57,570 nucleotides of DNA from assembly GCA_017853715.1 (NCBI GenBank), contig JAFMIZ010000006.1:1-57570 (forward strand), in the 5' to 3' direction. Position 1 is the stretch's first letter. Every line of letters starts with the position of its first letter. Below the pieces are notes generated by a model. The model had not been told where the DNA came from, made no database searches, and worked only from the letters and a program-made list of their open reading frames with translations. This document shows, in pieces, positions 1 to 10,885 of this stretch. This DNA comes from Pedosphaera sp. (GTDB lineage Bacteria; Verrucomicrobiota; Verrucomicrobiia; Limisphaerales; DSYF01). A program made the position numbers and the translations under genes.

Positions 1-1784
1 TCGGGGGTGTTCTTGCCCATGTAGAAGGTCAGGATGTTCGAGACATCGTGCTTGGGGGCGTATTCCACCTTGCTCAACTTCATTCCCTTGCCGATGAATT
101 GCGCGAACTCCTTGGGGCTGATTTCACCCAGACCTTTGAAGCGCGTGATCTCGCAGCTCCTGCCCAGCTTGGCGCTCGCCGTGTCGCGCTCCGCTTCGCT
201 GTAGCAGTAAATCGTCTCCTGCTTATTGCGCACGCGGAACAGCGGCGTTTCCAGCACGTAGAGATGGCCGTTGTGGACCAGTTGCTCGAAGAACTTGAAG
301 AAATAGGTGATGAGCAGATTGCGGATGTGCAGGCCGTCCACGTCGGCGTCGGTGGCCAGAATCACCTTCTCGTAGCGCAGCTTCTCGATGTTGTCCTCGA
401 TGTCGAGGGCGCACATGAGGTTATACATCTCGTCGTTCTTGTAGACGATGTCACGTTTGAGGTCCCAAACGTTGAGCGGCTTGCCCTTGAGCGTGAACAC
501 CGCCTGTGAATTAACATCGCGGCAGCTCGTGATGGAGCCGGCGGCGGATTGACCTTCGCAGATGAAGATCATGGATTCCTTCTCACGACCCTTGGCGGTG
601 TTGTAGTGGTTCTTGCAATCCTTGAGCTGCGGGATGCGGAGCGTGACAGCCCTGGCGCGTTCGCGTGCGAGCTTCTTCACGTCCTGCAATTCCTTCCGCA
701 GCGCCTTGGTATCCTCGACCTTCGCCAGAATCTGGTCAGCCACCTGTTTGTTACGGCTGAAGAACAGGAGCAGTTCCTCGCGCACTTTGTTGACCAGTTC
801 GGTGCGGATTTCCGTGTTGCCCAGCTTGTTTTTGGTCTGGGATTCAAATAGCGGATCCTTCAGACGGATCGCCACCGCGCCCACCATGCATTCACGGACA
901 TCGTCGCCGTCGTAGCTTTTCTTAGCGTGCTCGTTGACCGCCTTCAGCAGGCCCTCGCGGAAGGCGCTCAGGTGGGTGCCGCCGTCGCTGGTGTACTGAC
1001 CGTTGACAAAGGAATAAAACGACTCGCCGTAACGGCTATTCGTATGCGTGAAGCAGAACTCCAACGTCTTGCCCGTGTAGTGCAGCGGGGGATAGATGGG
1101 GTCCGACCCGTCACTCTCCAAGTCTTCCATCACCAGATCCATCAGGCCGTGGCGCGAGACGAACTCCTTGCCGTTGAAGATCAGGCGCAGGCCGCTGTTC
1201 AGATAACTGTAATGTCGCAGGCGGCGTTCGATGAACTCCGGCTTGAACGCGCTGTCCTTGAAGATGGTCGGGTCCGGCTCGAAAGAGATGAACGTGCCGT
1301 TGGGCTCCTTGGTCTTGCCTTCGTCCTTCTTCTTCAGCTTGCCCTTGCTGAACTGGGCCTCGACGTATTCGCCATCACGATGACTGCGGACGATGAATTC
1401 CCTGGAGAGCGCGTTGACGGCCTTGGTGCCGACGCCGTTGAGGCCGACGCTGAACTGGAACACGTCGTCATTGTATTTCGCGCCGGTGTTGATCTGGCTG
1501 ACGCACTCGACGACCTTGCCCAGCGGGATGCCGCGGCCAAAATCGCGGACGCAGACGCAATTGTCCTCCACGCTGATCTCGACGTGCTTGCCGTGGCCCA
1601 TGATAAATTCATCGATGGCGTTATCGATGACCTCCTTGAGCAGGATATAGCAACCGTCGTCGTAATGCGCGCCGGTGCCGATGCGCCCGATATACATGCC
1701 GGTGCGCAGGCGGATGTGCTCGATGCTGGAGAGGGTCTTGACCTTGCTCTCGTCGTAATTGTGTTTCGTCTTTTCGTCAGCCAT
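1..1784 (-). CDS. parE: Type IIA topoisomerase B subunit (topoisomerase IV ParE / GyrB family), 3' end truncated by window edge
   Basis: Hand translation from ATG at 1784: MADEKTKHNYDESKVKTLSSIEHIRLRTGMYIG...EVIDNAIDE (GHKL ATPase), GLNGVG, TOPRIM EGQSA...LKGKPLNV, ATDADVDGLHI. Absent from the ORF track because no stop lies in the window; parE vs gyrB is an inference. Confidence 0.88.
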   Translation of the reverse strand, partial: MADEKTKHNYDESKVKTLSSIEHIRLRTGMYIGRIGTGAHYDDGCYILLKEVIDNAIDEFIMGHGKHVEISVEDNCVCVRDFGRGIPLGKVVECVSQINTGAKYNDDVFQFSVGLNGVGTKAVNALSREFIVRSHRDGEYVEAQFSKGKLKKKDEGKTKEPNGTFISFEPDPTIFKDSAFKPEFIERRLRHYSYLNSGLRLIFNGKEFVSRHGLMDLVMEDLESDGSDPIYPPLHYTGKTLEFCFTHTNSRYGESFYSFVNGQYTSDGGTHLSAFREGLLKAVNEHAKKSYDGDDVRECMVGAVAIRLKDPLFESQTKNKLGNTEIRTELVNKVREELLLFFSRNKQVADQILAKVEDTKALRKELQDVKKLARERARAVTLRIPQLKDCKNHYNTAKGREKESMIFICEGQSAAGSITSCRDVNSQAVFTLKGKPLNVWDLKRDIVYKNDEMYNLMCALDIEDNIEKLRYEKVILATDADVDGLHIRNLLITYFFKFFEQLVHNGHLYVLETPLFRVRNKQETIYCYSEAERDTASAKLGRSCEITRFKGLGEISPKEFAQFIGKGMKLSKVEYAPKHDVSNILTFYMGKNTP

Positions 1785-1873
1785 TTGCGTGCGGGGAAAA
1801 TGGGAGAAATGCGGCGCAATGCAAACTGGAAAAGTGAATCGCCATCGAGAGACCGCTTCGCCATGCTCGCCGG

Positions 1874-2245
1874 GTGAACTCCACCTTCCTCATCGCCTTC
1901 CTCATCGCGGATATAATCATCGTGTCCCTCATCCTGACACGGGTGTTTGGGCAGGTCTCCGAAGCGCGGGCGCGCGAGTTGGTGCAGCGCGGGGCGCTGC
2001 TGCTCGATGTGCGCACGCCGGAGGAATTCCGGTCCGGCCACCTGCGCGGCGCGGTCAATGTGCCGTATCAGGAAGTCGGGCAACGGATTGTATCGCTGGC
2101 ACCGGACAAGTCATCGCCGGTGCTGGTGTATTGCCTGAGCGGCGGACGCAGCGGCATCGCCAAGAGCAACCTCCGCCGACTGGGCTACGCGGAGGCGCAC
2201 AATTTGGGTTCACTCAAGCGCGCACGGAAGATTGTGGAGGGGTAA
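1874..2245 (+). CDS. Rhodanese-like domain protein with N-terminal membrane anchor (PspE-like)
   Basis: Hydrophobic N-terminus, LLDVRTPEEF, GHLRGAVNVP, active loop YCLSGGRS. Confidence 0.88.
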   Translation: MNSTFLIAFLIADIIIVSLILTRVFGQVSEARARELVQRGALLLDVRTPEEFRSGHLRGAVNVPYQEVGQRIVSLAPDKSSPVLVYCLSGGRSGIAKSNLRRLGYAEAHNLGSLKRARKIVEG

Positions 2246-2298
2246 CCAAAGCGGTCCCGTGCGCAGGGGGGCGAGGGGGCAAAGTATTCGCGGATCAG

Positions 2299-2427
2299 GT
2301 TTCCGGCGTCTCGCCGGAAGCTGTCAAGACAGCGCCCTCTCCCACCCCATCCCGTTTGGCAGGGACACAGGCTCGAACGCAATCCGGCGGGACGCCGAAT
2401 TGAACCGGCCAGAGGCCGGCGCCACCC
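2299..2427. repeat. REP-like palindromic element (family A)
   Basis: Hairpins TTCCGGCG-tct-CGCCGGAA (2301-2319), AATCCGGCG-gga-CGCCGAATT and CCGGCC-aga-GGCCGG ending GCCACCC; similar to 35277-35433. Confidence 0.75.
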
Positions 2428-3917
2428 TAAGCGAACTTCTCGCGCAGGCTGGCCAGATGCGCGGCACTATTCGTGGGTGCGCCGGTGGCCAGCTTCATCA
2501 ACGGCTGCGGATGATGGCGCATGCCGTGACGATGCACTTTCTCGCGCAACCAAGCCAGCAGTGTCGAATACTTTCCTTCGGCCAGTTCGGCATTCAGTGT
2601 CGGGTTATCTGATGCCGCCCTCCGCATGAGTTGAGCCGCGTTCAAATTGCCAAGCGTGTAAGTAGGGAAATAGCCGAGCAACCCGATGCTCCAATGGATG
2701 TCCTGCAAGCAGCCATCGGCATCCTTGGTGACTTTCAGGCCGAACATCCTCTCGAATTGCTCGTTCCAATAGGCGGGCACGTCGGCGACGTGGAGCTGGC
2801 GTTCAAGCAATTTCATCTCGACCTCGAAGCGCAGGATGATGTGCAGGTCATAGGTGACCTGGTCGGCCTCGACGCGGATGAAGGAGGGGGCAACGTGATT
2901 GACGGCCGCGTGAATCTGCCCGGGCGCGAGCCGGAGCAAACTGGGAAAATGGCGGCACGCGCGCGGATGCCAGTGGCGCCAGAAATCGAGGCTGCGGCCC
3001 ACGTGATTCTCCCAAAGGCGCGATTGGGATTCGTGAATACCCAGCGAGATGGCGTTGCCGAGTGGGGTGCCGTAATGCTCCGGCGGCAATCCCTGATCGT
3101 AGAGGCCGTGACCCGCCTCGTGCATGACACCGTAGAGCGACACGGTGAAGTCCTCCTCGCTGTAACGCGTCGTCAGGCGGCAATCGTTCGGCCCCAGCCC
3201 GGTGCAGAAGGGATGCGTGGTGGTGTCAATGCGGCCAGATTCAAAGTTGAAACCGATCGCCTCCGCAACCTCCCGATTGAAGGCCTGTTGCGCGGCGATG
3301 GGGTAATGTCCATTCAACAGCGAGCGAGGCGCCGCCTTGGAACGTTCCACCGCCGGCCCGAGGATGGAGGCGATCTCAGGTCGCAACGCGGCGAACAACA
3401 CACGCAAGTCCTCCGCGCGGGCGCCGGGTTCGTATTCATCGAGGTGGGCGTTGTAGGGCGAACCGGTGTGGCCCCAGAGGTCGGCGAACTGCAGTTGCAG
3501 GTCGAGCAGCTTTTGCCAATGCGGTTTGAACAGCTTGAACTTGGACTCCTGTCGAGCCTCGCCCCACGCCTCCCGGGCGTGTGAGCGGAGACGTTGAAAC
3601 TTCTCGACCAGGCGCGCGGGAATCCTGGTCTTGCGATCGTAACTGCGCCGCCACTCGCGCACGTTGGCGGCCTCGTCGGAGTCGGGCGCAAAGCCGTGCT
3701 GCTCACATTCCGAAATCAAGTCGCCCACCAGACCGGCGGTGAACAGCCGATGGGCGCGGCCGCTGAGGTAAGCCATCTGTTCCGCGCGATGTGCCAATGC
3801 CTTCGGCGGGAGATACGTTTCCTCATCCCAAGAGAGGATGCTGCCGGTGCTGTCGAGAAGGGCGATCTCGCGGGCGCGCTTCAGCAATTTGCGATAGGCA
3901 GGAAACGTCGCACTCAT
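2427..3917 (-). CDS. Carboxypeptidase M32 (Taq-like)
   Basis: HPF, HEAGH zinc motif, HESQSRLWEN, IRVEAD, QDIHW, GYFPTYTLG motifs. Confidence 0.95.
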   Translation of the reverse strand: MSATFPAYRKLLKRAREIALLDSTGSILSWDEETYLPPKALAHRAEQMAYLSGRAHRLFTAGLVGDLISECEQHGFAPDSDEAANVREWRRSYDRKTRIPARLVEKFQRLRSHAREAWGEARQESKFKLFKPHWQKLLDLQLQFADLWGHTGSPYNAHLDEYEPGARAEDLRVLFAALRPEIASILGPAVERSKAAPRSLLNGHYPIAAQQAFNREVAEAIGFNFESGRIDTTTHPFCTGLGPNDCRLTTRYSEEDFTVSLYGVMHEAGHGLYDQGLPPEHYGTPLGNAISLGIHESQSRLWENHVGRSLDFWRHWHPRACRHFPSLLRLAPGQIHAAVNHVAPSFIRVEADQVTYDLHIILRFEVEMKLLERQLHVADVPAYWNEQFERMFGLKVTKDADGCLQDIHWSIGLLGYFPTYTLGNLNAAQLMRRAASDNPTLNAELAEGKYSTLLAWLREKVHRHGMRHHPQPLMKLATGAPTNSAAHLASLREKFA

Positions 3918-4061
3918 GCGGGGAATGTGCGGGCCGGCGGCGGAGGTGTCGAACTCATTTGAGAACAGGGTTTCGGGACCCGTTCCGGGTCAAAGTCACT
4001 TCACACCTTCGTCACCACTTTTTAACTTTCGTCGCGGGGCGGTTTACGTCAGGCTTGGGCC

Positions 4062-4466
4062 ATGGCAGAAGTTGCAGAATTCGTCAACCACGGGGCAGCG
4101 ACCATCACGCCCTCGGTGGTCGAGCAAGTGGTGCGGCATTTGCCGCATTGGAAGCTGGAGTTTTCCCAGATCAACGCGCCCCAATTCCCCCATTTGGTGG
4201 ACCAGCTGGAGTTTCTGGCCAACGCGGTGGAAGACGCGGCGGATGGCACCTATAAGAACCTGCCTTTCTACGCCATGGCGCACGCGACCTTTGCGCTGAT
4301 CTACGCGCACAAGAAATTCGGCATCATCCCCGACAGCCTGATGGATTTCGGGAAGGCGGATGACTCGGTGGTGGTGAGGGCCGCTCTGATCCAGAACCAA
4401 AAAGCGTTCGAACTTTACGCGGCGGTTCAGGGCGAGGATTGGTCCAAGGTGACCAGCAGGCCCTGA
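4062..4466 (+). CDS. YkvA/DUF1232-like protein
   Basis: ALIY...IIPD...G.ADD pattern resembles DUF1232. Confidence 0.6.
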   Translation: MAEVAEFVNHGAATITPSVVEQVVRHLPHWKLEFSQINAPQFPHLVDQLEFLANAVEDAADGTYKNLPFYAMAHATFALIYAHKKFGIIPDSLMDFGKADDSVVVRAALIQNQKAFELYAAVQGEDWSKVTSRP

Positions 4467-4501
4467 CGGATACTGGGTGGCCCTGCAAGGGCGAGGCCAA
4501 C

Positions 4502-7500
4502 CTACTCTTCAGCAGGCTGGCCAGAATCTTCAGGTCCAGGCGGAAGCGCGGGGGCGTTGGTGGCTCCGGGGCCTGCCGACATCACTTCCGGCAGGGCATA
4601 CGGCACCAGCGGGTCAGGCAACATTTCGTAATCGGTCCCAGGCTTATCACCAAACATCCCCCCCACGGATTGCAATGGGGCGACCACCAGGCGCGGGACC
4701 AGGTAGACCGGCTCGGGCTTCGGATCCGCCAGCGTGCCGGTGACCTTGTACTTGAACAGCTTGCTGACCGGCCAGAGGGCAGTGCTCAGCAACCGGCCGA
4801 CGCCCCAAGTGTCCCGTAACAATTCCGCCTCCACGCGCGCGTTGACCCTCGTCTCAAAGTCCACCGACCCCTCGTAAAGCAACCGCATGCCGGAGGCGCG
4901 GATGTCCAAGTCGCCGGTCTGAATGACGCTGTTGGTGATGATGAACGTCCCTCCTGCCGCGCTGGCGCGGCTGTTGCCGATGCCCGGCACCACCGTATTC
5001 ATCACCGTGGACATCACCCCGAACACGGGCGTGTTCCAAATCAAACCATCCCGCAATTGTGCCTGCCCGCGCCCCTGCCAGGAGTTGAGGTCGTTGGCGT
5101 TGGCATCGGTGACCAAGAGCTGTCCGCTGAGGGAACCTTCAAGCTGATTGGTCGGGGAATGCAAATCGGACATCAACGCGTGCAGGTCCGCGTTGGTGAC
5201 GTTCATCAAGAAGCAAAACGGCGTCGAGCCGCGGTGACGGACATCGAACCAGGCAAAGCCGTTGGCCGCACCGCCGTAGAAGGACATTGCCATATTGGTC
5301 AGCGTGACGGTCTCGTGAGCCCAACTCACCTTGCCGGTGATTTCGGGCACGCGAAACCTCATCCAGTGAAACGGGCCGCCCTTCAACACTTCAAAGTGCA
5401 AATCCGCGCCCTGCTCGCCTTTCAAGGGAATCACTCCGTAAACGCGCGCCTCGGGCGGCTTCAAAAATTGATACGGGGCGACGGCCTCAGCGGTCTTCGG
5501 CCCGATGATGCGCGCGATCGCCATGGGGTCCGTCGTGGAATAGCCATTGGTCAGATAGGCGCGGTGGGCGCGAAAATCAAATGCCAGCGCCTCCGCCGTC
5601 GCAATGCCGTCCTCACGTTCCACCCGCGGGTTGAGGACACGCAGCAAATGATTGGAGTAAACCAGTGTGGCGTTGAGCGCGCTGACGGATTGCTCGCGAT
5701 AGGTGAAGTTTGTCCACGCCAAATCAGCGCGAACCGAAATGCGGTCCAGCTCATACCAGTTGCCCCGCAGCTGGGCGTCAAGCCACGGCGCGTTGCTGGC
5801 CTGCAAATGGTCCAAGCCGTGATGGCCTTCGCCTTTGAACTTGATGGGCAGCACACGCGGATCAAGCCGGCCACGCAGGTTGACGGAAAAATTGTGGCTG
5901 ATCTCGTCGGAGCGCAGGTTGGCGCGCACGGTTCCTTCGGGGCGACGCACAATCAGGTCCGGCAACCGCCAGACGCGGTTGGTGTAATTGAGAGGAGTCC
6001 CAAGCGACGTCATGCTGACACCGCGAAAGCTTAGATTCGTCACGGCGACGTTGCCCGCCAGCTTGATGCCGGGCTGGACTTCGTTGCGCCAGTCGGGTGC
6101 GCGGTTGGTCCACGCGGGCAAAACGAGCTCTCCCTGGACATCCACAGAGGGTGGACTCGCCCAATGAAAGTCCCGCAGCCACTTACGGCTCTTTTCCGTC
6201 AGCAACGGCTCAAAGCGATGGAAGTCCAACGCGGCGGCGAGATCGAATTGCAGGCGGCGCGACAACACGTCCAAGGCCGCCGTAGCAGCGGCTTGACCGC
6301 CAGCCAGGTGACCGCTCACATCATGCACTTGCAGCCAGGGCGCCTCCCAATCGGCACGGATCCGGAGATCTTCTGCCTGCAAGCCGCGCGCACTCACGTT
6401 TGTGGCGGCAGCAGACACGGTGAGGGCGCAGGGCGAAAGATGATTCCAGATGCCCAGCGCAGGATCATTCATGGCCAGCGGTTCGATGGGGGGGCGTTGC
6501 ATCACATCCAAATGCAGCCGGTCCGCACTGAGCCAGCGATTTGAGACGGCCCCAGCCTTGATGCTGGCCTCTGCCAGACGCGGGAGCCACCCATTCGTTC
6601 CGTGCGTCCACTTCAGTTCCACCGATACCTCCTGCGCGGCAGTCCACGGTCCGGTCACACTGGTCGCCGCCAGTGAGCCGCCACATTGGATTTCGTTGGT
6701 GGTGGTCCGCGTGCCGCCGAAGCGCAGCTGCAGTCCATCAACACACGCCCAACGGGTTTCAACGTGCGCGGCGTCGAGGTCAACCTCGGCAGACAGACCC
6801 TGCACGAACACCGCCTCATCCAAACGCGCGGTGAGTTTGGCTTGCTGAAAACTTCCCCACGGCGTCTCCGCATCCGGAGCCACCACCGTGAATACGCCTA
6901 CAAAACTCGTGGGGTCAGCCGCGTCGCCGCTGAACGTGAGTCGGAACCCGGGATGCTCATGAAAACGCACCCGACACAGTTGAGCATGCACCCGTTGCAA
7001 GCGGGCCGTTGCGGCATCCGGCGGACCTTTCGGGCCTTTGAACAAGTCACGCAAGCGGCTGGCATTGGTGACCTGACCTGTCACGGAAAACTTTGCGTCC
7101 CGATAACCCGCATCCAACCGGTCGAGCATCCACTGGTCACCCGGCAAAAAACGAACCGTCGCCATCAAATTGGTGATGGCCATCGTGGAGGACGGCAGGT
7201 GATTGGTGTCGAAACGCCAGACCAGAGCGCCGTCATGCAGGGTGACGGACCGCACGTCGGCAGTGAACCGGAGCAGCGAGGCGTAACTTATCTCCAGGTC
7301 CGCCGACTTGGCGGAGATGACCGGAGCGGCGGCATTGGCGGACCCGACGATACGCACATTGTCCGCCACAATTCCCCGGTGTCCGCGCAAGCGGAGGCGC
7401 GTGAATTCCAAATCCACGCCGCGCTTCTGCAGGCTCGCAAGCAAAGGCCGCTTCATGAAGTCGGGCAGCCCGATCTGGTTCAAGTAAGCGCACGCGAAAA

Positions 7501-7606
7501 CGGTGAGGAAGAGGACAACCCAAACCGCGAGCCGGCAGCGACGGGACCAGAGCCGCAGCTGCTGCCATTTTGAGGGATGCGTCTTGCGGGAAGGTTCAGC
7601 GCTCAC
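4502..7606 (-). CDS. AsmA/YhdP-like large periplasmic protein with N-terminal TM anchor
   Basis: 1034 aa, single N-terminal TM, beta-rich body, C-terminal 'KYKVTGTLADP' typical of the AsmA-like C-terminal region. Confidence 0.75.
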   Translation of the reverse strand: MSAEPSRKTHPSKWQQLRLWSRRCRLAVWVVLFLTVFACAYLNQIGLPDFMKRPLLASLQKRGVDLEFTRLRLRGHRGIVADNVRIVGSANAAAPVISAKSADLEISYASLLRFTADVRSVTLHDGALVWRFDTNHLPSSTMAITNLMATVRFLPGDQWMLDRLDAGYRDAKFSVTGQVTNASRLRDLFKGPKGPPDAATARLQRVHAQLCRVRFHEHPGFRLTFSGDAADPTSFVGVFTVVAPDAETPWGSFQQAKLTARLDEAVFVQGLSAEVDLDAAHVETRWACVDGLQLRFGGTRTTTNEIQCGGSLAATSVTGPWTAAQEVSVELKWTHGTNGWLPRLAEASIKAGAVSNRWLSADRLHLDVMQRPPIEPLAMNDPALGIWNHLSPCALTVSAAATNVSARGLQAEDLRIRADWEAPWLQVHDVSGHLAGGQAAATAALDVLSRRLQFDLAAALDFHRFEPLLTEKSRKWLRDFHWASPPSVDVQGELVLPAWTNRAPDWRNEVQPGIKLAGNVAVTNLSFRGVSMTSLGTPLNYTNRVWRLPDLIVRRPEGTVRANLRSDEISHNFSVNLRGRLDPRVLPIKFKGEGHHGLDHLQASNAPWLDAQLRGNWYELDRISVRADLAWTNFTYREQSVSALNATLVYSNHLLRVLNPRVEREDGIATAEALAFDFRAHRAYLTNGYSTTDPMAIARIIGPKTAEAVAPYQFLKPPEARVYGVIPLKGEQGADLHFEVLKGGPFHWMRFRVPEITGKVSWAHETVTLTNMAMSFYGGAANGFAWFDVRHRGSTPFCFLMNVTNADLHALMSDLHSPTNQLEGSLSGQLLVTDANANDLNSWQGRGQAQLRDGLIWNTPVFGVMSTVMNTVVPGIGNSRASAAGGTFIITNSVIQTGDLDIRASGMRLLYEGSVDFETRVNARVEAELLRDTWGVGRLLSTALWPVSKLFKYKVTGTLADPKPEPVYLVPRLVVAPLQSVGGMFGDKPGTDYEMLPDPLVPYALPEVMSAGPGATNAPALPPGPEDSGQPAEE

Positions 7607-9368
7607 GGGCGGGAAGGCTCAGATACGTTTCGAGGTATTGCCACGTGACCCAGGGGAACTCCATCACCCACGTCTCCCCGTCGCGGGTGGCCAGTGCGTA
7701 AGGATACTGCGACGGCGCAACCCCTCCGAACTCGATGACCTGTTGTGTCCCATCGGTGAGCGTGACGGTCAATCTATCCGGCGACTCCTTAAAGCCATAA
7801 CGGGCACGGTCCACCGCGCCGCGATCCACCCAGCGCGACACCGACAGATCGCCCAAGCGATGAATGGCCTCATCCACTCCGAACGTGTTGATGACGCCAA
7901 ACGAACCCTCGGCCAGCGCCCACGAGTTGGTGCCTTTGCGCACAATTTCGCGCGTCCGCTGGTTGGCCTCAATGCGCACCGAGGCGACCTGAGACTCGTT
8001 GAACGCCCATACACGACGATCGCTCAGTTCGATGACGGCCGCAGGCAGGAAGTCGTAATCGACCCTGCGCACCGAGGCGACCGAGGTTTCGTCTGCGCGT
8101 TTGGCGAAGACTGCGCCGTTGGTGTCGGCACCGAAGAGGACCGTGATGCTGGCCGCGTTCGAGCCACCCAAAGTCACGGTGCATTCGCTTAATGCTGGGG
8201 CCAGCCCAAACGTCGGCAAGTCCGGCCCCGTAACCACATCCTTCACAAACTCGGTCACCTGCATCTGCGCAAGCCCGAGGATGAGTTCGTTCACGTAATT
8301 GCTGTCGGCCACAAAATCACCCGGGCGCACCCGCCACGTGCCGACCGCTTCACGGGTCAGTGTGAATTCCTCCCTGGCGCGCACGCTGATTGCGTCCGGC
8401 AAGGAGCAGAAGGAAAACAGCCGGGAGTCACGGAACTTGGCGGCCGATTCGCGCCACGGTGCGACCGCCTCCGCCGCAACCGCGAAGATGTCATCCGACC
8501 TGCCCCGGCGGGCATAGACGTAATTGGTGGCGTTGGTCACACTGTTGCCGAACTGCAGGACTGCCTGGACGTTGCTGCCCGCCGAGAAGGTCAGTTCCAG
8601 CGCAGGCGATTCGAGGCCCGAGATGTCACCGCCGACCGTGCCTTCCGGAAAAAACTGGGCGACCTCCGCCTGGGCCAAGTGCGCGAGCGATTTCTCCACG
8701 AGCTGGCGGTCCGCACGAGCCTGCAACCGCGCAAGCCGCCACTGGCGATTGGTGGGGTTGACGACCAGTTCAATGGGGCGCCCGGCTTGGTTGACGAGCA
8801 GCCGGTCGAAGCCGAGGGACTTCCAATCGAGCAAGGCCGTGTCGCGCCAGTCGCCCGAGTTGCGCGGGATGTAGTTCAGAAGATTGGTGGAGGCCAGGTG
8901 GATGCCCGGCGTGCCCACCAGCTGGACGAACACTTGATCGCCGGGGGCGGTGCGCGACCCGATCAACACCTGCCGCCGCTGGTTGCCAGCGAAAAGCATG
9001 AGCGAAATCGAGGGGGCATCGAAACCGAACTCGGCGTCGGCATTGGGGTGATCCAGCATCTCGCGCGGCGACAGATAGCCGTCGGGCTTGAGTTGAGCAA
9101 GGTAACGCAGCAGCGATTCGATGACCTGCGGGCGAACTTTTGATTCGAGCGGTTTGGACATCAGCCAGCCGCCGTCCGTGCGGTCGGCAATCATCTCCGC
9201 CGCACCCGTCACCCGCACTTGAACACGACTGACCTTGCCCGGATCGAGGCCGGGCACCACAACCAGCGGCTGGCGCACCCCACCGGCCCCGTATTTTTCC
9301 CAAGCCACAATGAATGCGGCCATCGTCAGCGCGATGGCCAGCAGAATCCATGTGCTCCTGGAATTCAT
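7596..9368 (-). CDS. DUF4340 domain protein (repeated domains)
   Basis: N-terminal TM, repeated (F/S)G(L/F)..P motifs, located downstream of a GldG-like gene. Confidence 0.8.
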   Translation of the reverse strand: MNSRSTWILLAIALTMAAFIVAWEKYGAGGVRQPLVVVPGLDPGKVSRVQVRVTGAAEMIADRTDGGWLMSKPLESKVRPQVIESLLRYLAQLKPDGYLSPREMLDHPNADAEFGFDAPSISLMLFAGNQRRQVLIGSRTAPGDQVFVQLVGTPGIHLASTNLLNYIPRNSGDWRDTALLDWKSLGFDRLLVNQAGRPIELVVNPTNRQWRLARLQARADRQLVEKSLAHLAQAEVAQFFPEGTVGGDISGLESPALELTFSAGSNVQAVLQFGNSVTNATNYVYARRGRSDDIFAVAAEAVAPWRESAAKFRDSRLFSFCSLPDAISVRAREEFTLTREAVGTWRVRPGDFVADSNYVNELILGLAQMQVTEFVKDVVTGPDLPTFGLAPALSECTVTLGGSNAASITVLFGADTNGAVFAKRADETSVASVRRVDYDFLPAAVIELSDRRVWAFNESQVASVRIEANQRTREIVRKGTNSWALAEGSFGVINTFGVDEAIHRLGDLSVSRWVDRGAVDRARYGFKESPDRLTVTLTDGTQQVIEFGGVAPSQYPYALATRDGETWVMEFPWVTWQYLETYLSLPARER

Positions 9369-9402
9369 GTTTCAGAAACGAACAACCGTGCGCAAGCGCC
9401 CC

Positions 9403-10884
9403 TCAGTTGCGCCGCCGCAACCAGACCAAAGTGCCGAGCAACAAAACCGCCCCCGGCAAGCCGAGCAGCAAAATCCACTGGGCAGACTTGAGCTGGGATT
9501 CGGTCATCACCAGCCGCGTCTCGGTGATCGGTTTCGGCCCCAATCCCTTGATGAGTTCCAGCCGGTCAACCAACCAGTTCACGGCGTAAGCGGCCAAATC
9601 GCGGTTTGCAGCCTGATCCAGCAGGTCGTTTTCAAAAACCAATGAGTCGCCCAGAACAACGATGCGCGTGGTGCCACGCGCGCTGGACACGCCAGCCACC
9701 GCACCTTTTTCAACAGCTACGCCGATGGGATATTCTGCGGGCGGAGCGCTCAAGCCCTCTAAAACAGAATCTTTGCTTGTGAAAGCCAGCGGGACGACCT
9801 TGGGCGCGTCGGCAGCAGTGGAAGCTTGTTGCACCTCCGCAATCATGCGAGGCGAATAAACATAAATGGCAGATTGCTGTAGCGGATTGACGACCGGGTG
9901 GGCCGAGAATCTCCGGATGATCAAATCCTTGTCACGACTCGGCGAGTTGCCAGGATCCAACACCACGTTGGGGCTGACGTCCACGCCCCACTTTGCCAGC
10001 AACGACTCAAGGCCGGTGGGATTGTTGGTGGAAGCAAAGTTGAACATCACCAACAAGCGTCCACCCGTGTCAAGATAGCCGCCAATCGCATCCAACTCGA
10101 TCTGCGGAATGCGCGTGCTTGGGCCGGCAATCACCAACAAATTGCAATTGTCGGGCACGCCATTCGTCACCAGCGAGACCGGCTGGGCTTGCAGATAGTT
10201 CTTCATCAGCAACCCAATGAACTTGGAATAACCGAAGGGGTCATCGTCCTTGCCCACGGCATGTTCGCGGTGGCCCGTGAGGTAATACACGTTCATGGGG
10301 ACCGGATTCTTCACCGCGAGCAACATGGCGGTGAAAAGCATCTCACCGTTGAAGGCGATACGGCGCTTTTCATATTCACGCCCACTTTCGCTCGGGACCG
10401 CCTCCAGCTTCGTCTCCACCAGCGCATCGCCGTTCACCATCTTCACCCGGCCCTCACAATCGAAAATCACCAAATCCTTGGCACCCGGAGTGTCCATGCC
10501 GTTCTTTTCATACTTGGCCTTGATGCGTTGCGCTCCCGCTGTATCCCGGGTGTAGTCCACCTTCTCCACCTCGATGCGCGGACTGGCTTCGTGGTACTCC
10601 TTGGCCAGGGCCTCGATGGTGGTGAACATCGGGTCGGATTTGTCGTAATAGAGCGTGATGCGGACTTCGTTGGTCAGCGACTTGAGCAGCCCCAAGGTTT
10701 GCGCGGAAAGCTCGACGCGCGTGTGGCTGCCCACGGTCACGCGCCGGAAGAAGTAATTGTGCCCGATGAAATTCGCCATCATCACGATGGCCAGCAACGC
10801 AGCCATCCCGATGACGACAGATGAACCGGCGCGCCATTTGCGTCCGGGGGTAAAACTGGGGCGATCTTCAGGGTGCTCGGCCAT
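9403..10884 (-). CDS. GldG-family ABC transporter auxiliary component
   Basis: LSAQT...L, YYLTGHREH, LLVIAGP, GGRLLV, IVVLGDS...AN.D...NAVNWL-like motif, N- and C-terminal TMs. Confidence 0.85.
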   Translation of the reverse strand: MAEHPEDRPSFTPGRKWRAGSSVVIGMAALLAIVMMANFIGHNYFFRRVTVGSHTRVELSAQTLGLLKSLTNEVRITLYYDKSDPMFTTIEALAKEYHEASPRIEVEKVDYTRDTAGAQRIKAKYEKNGMDTPGAKDLVIFDCEGRVKMVNGDALVETKLEAVPSESGREYEKRRIAFNGEMLFTAMLLAVKNPVPMNVYYLTGHREHAVGKDDDPFGYSKFIGLLMKNYLQAQPVSLVTNGVPDNCNLLVIAGPSTRIPQIELDAIGGYLDTGGRLLVMFNFASTNNPTGLESLLAKWGVDVSPNVVLDPGNSPSRDKDLIIRRFSAHPVVNPLQQSAIYVYSPRMIAEVQQASTAADAPKVVPLAFTSKDSVLEGLSAPPAEYPIGVAVEKGAVAGVSSARGTTRIVVLGDSLVFENDLLDQAANRDLAAYAVNWLVDRLELIKGLGPKPITETRLVMTESQLKSAQWILLLGLPGAVLLLGTLVWLRRRN

Positions 10885-10885
10885 G

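Noticed and set aside
48-1877. Plus-strand ORFs 48..509, 549..851 and 927..1877
   Set aside because: Antisense shadows of the parE/gyrB-type gene on the minus strand; no recognisable motifs.
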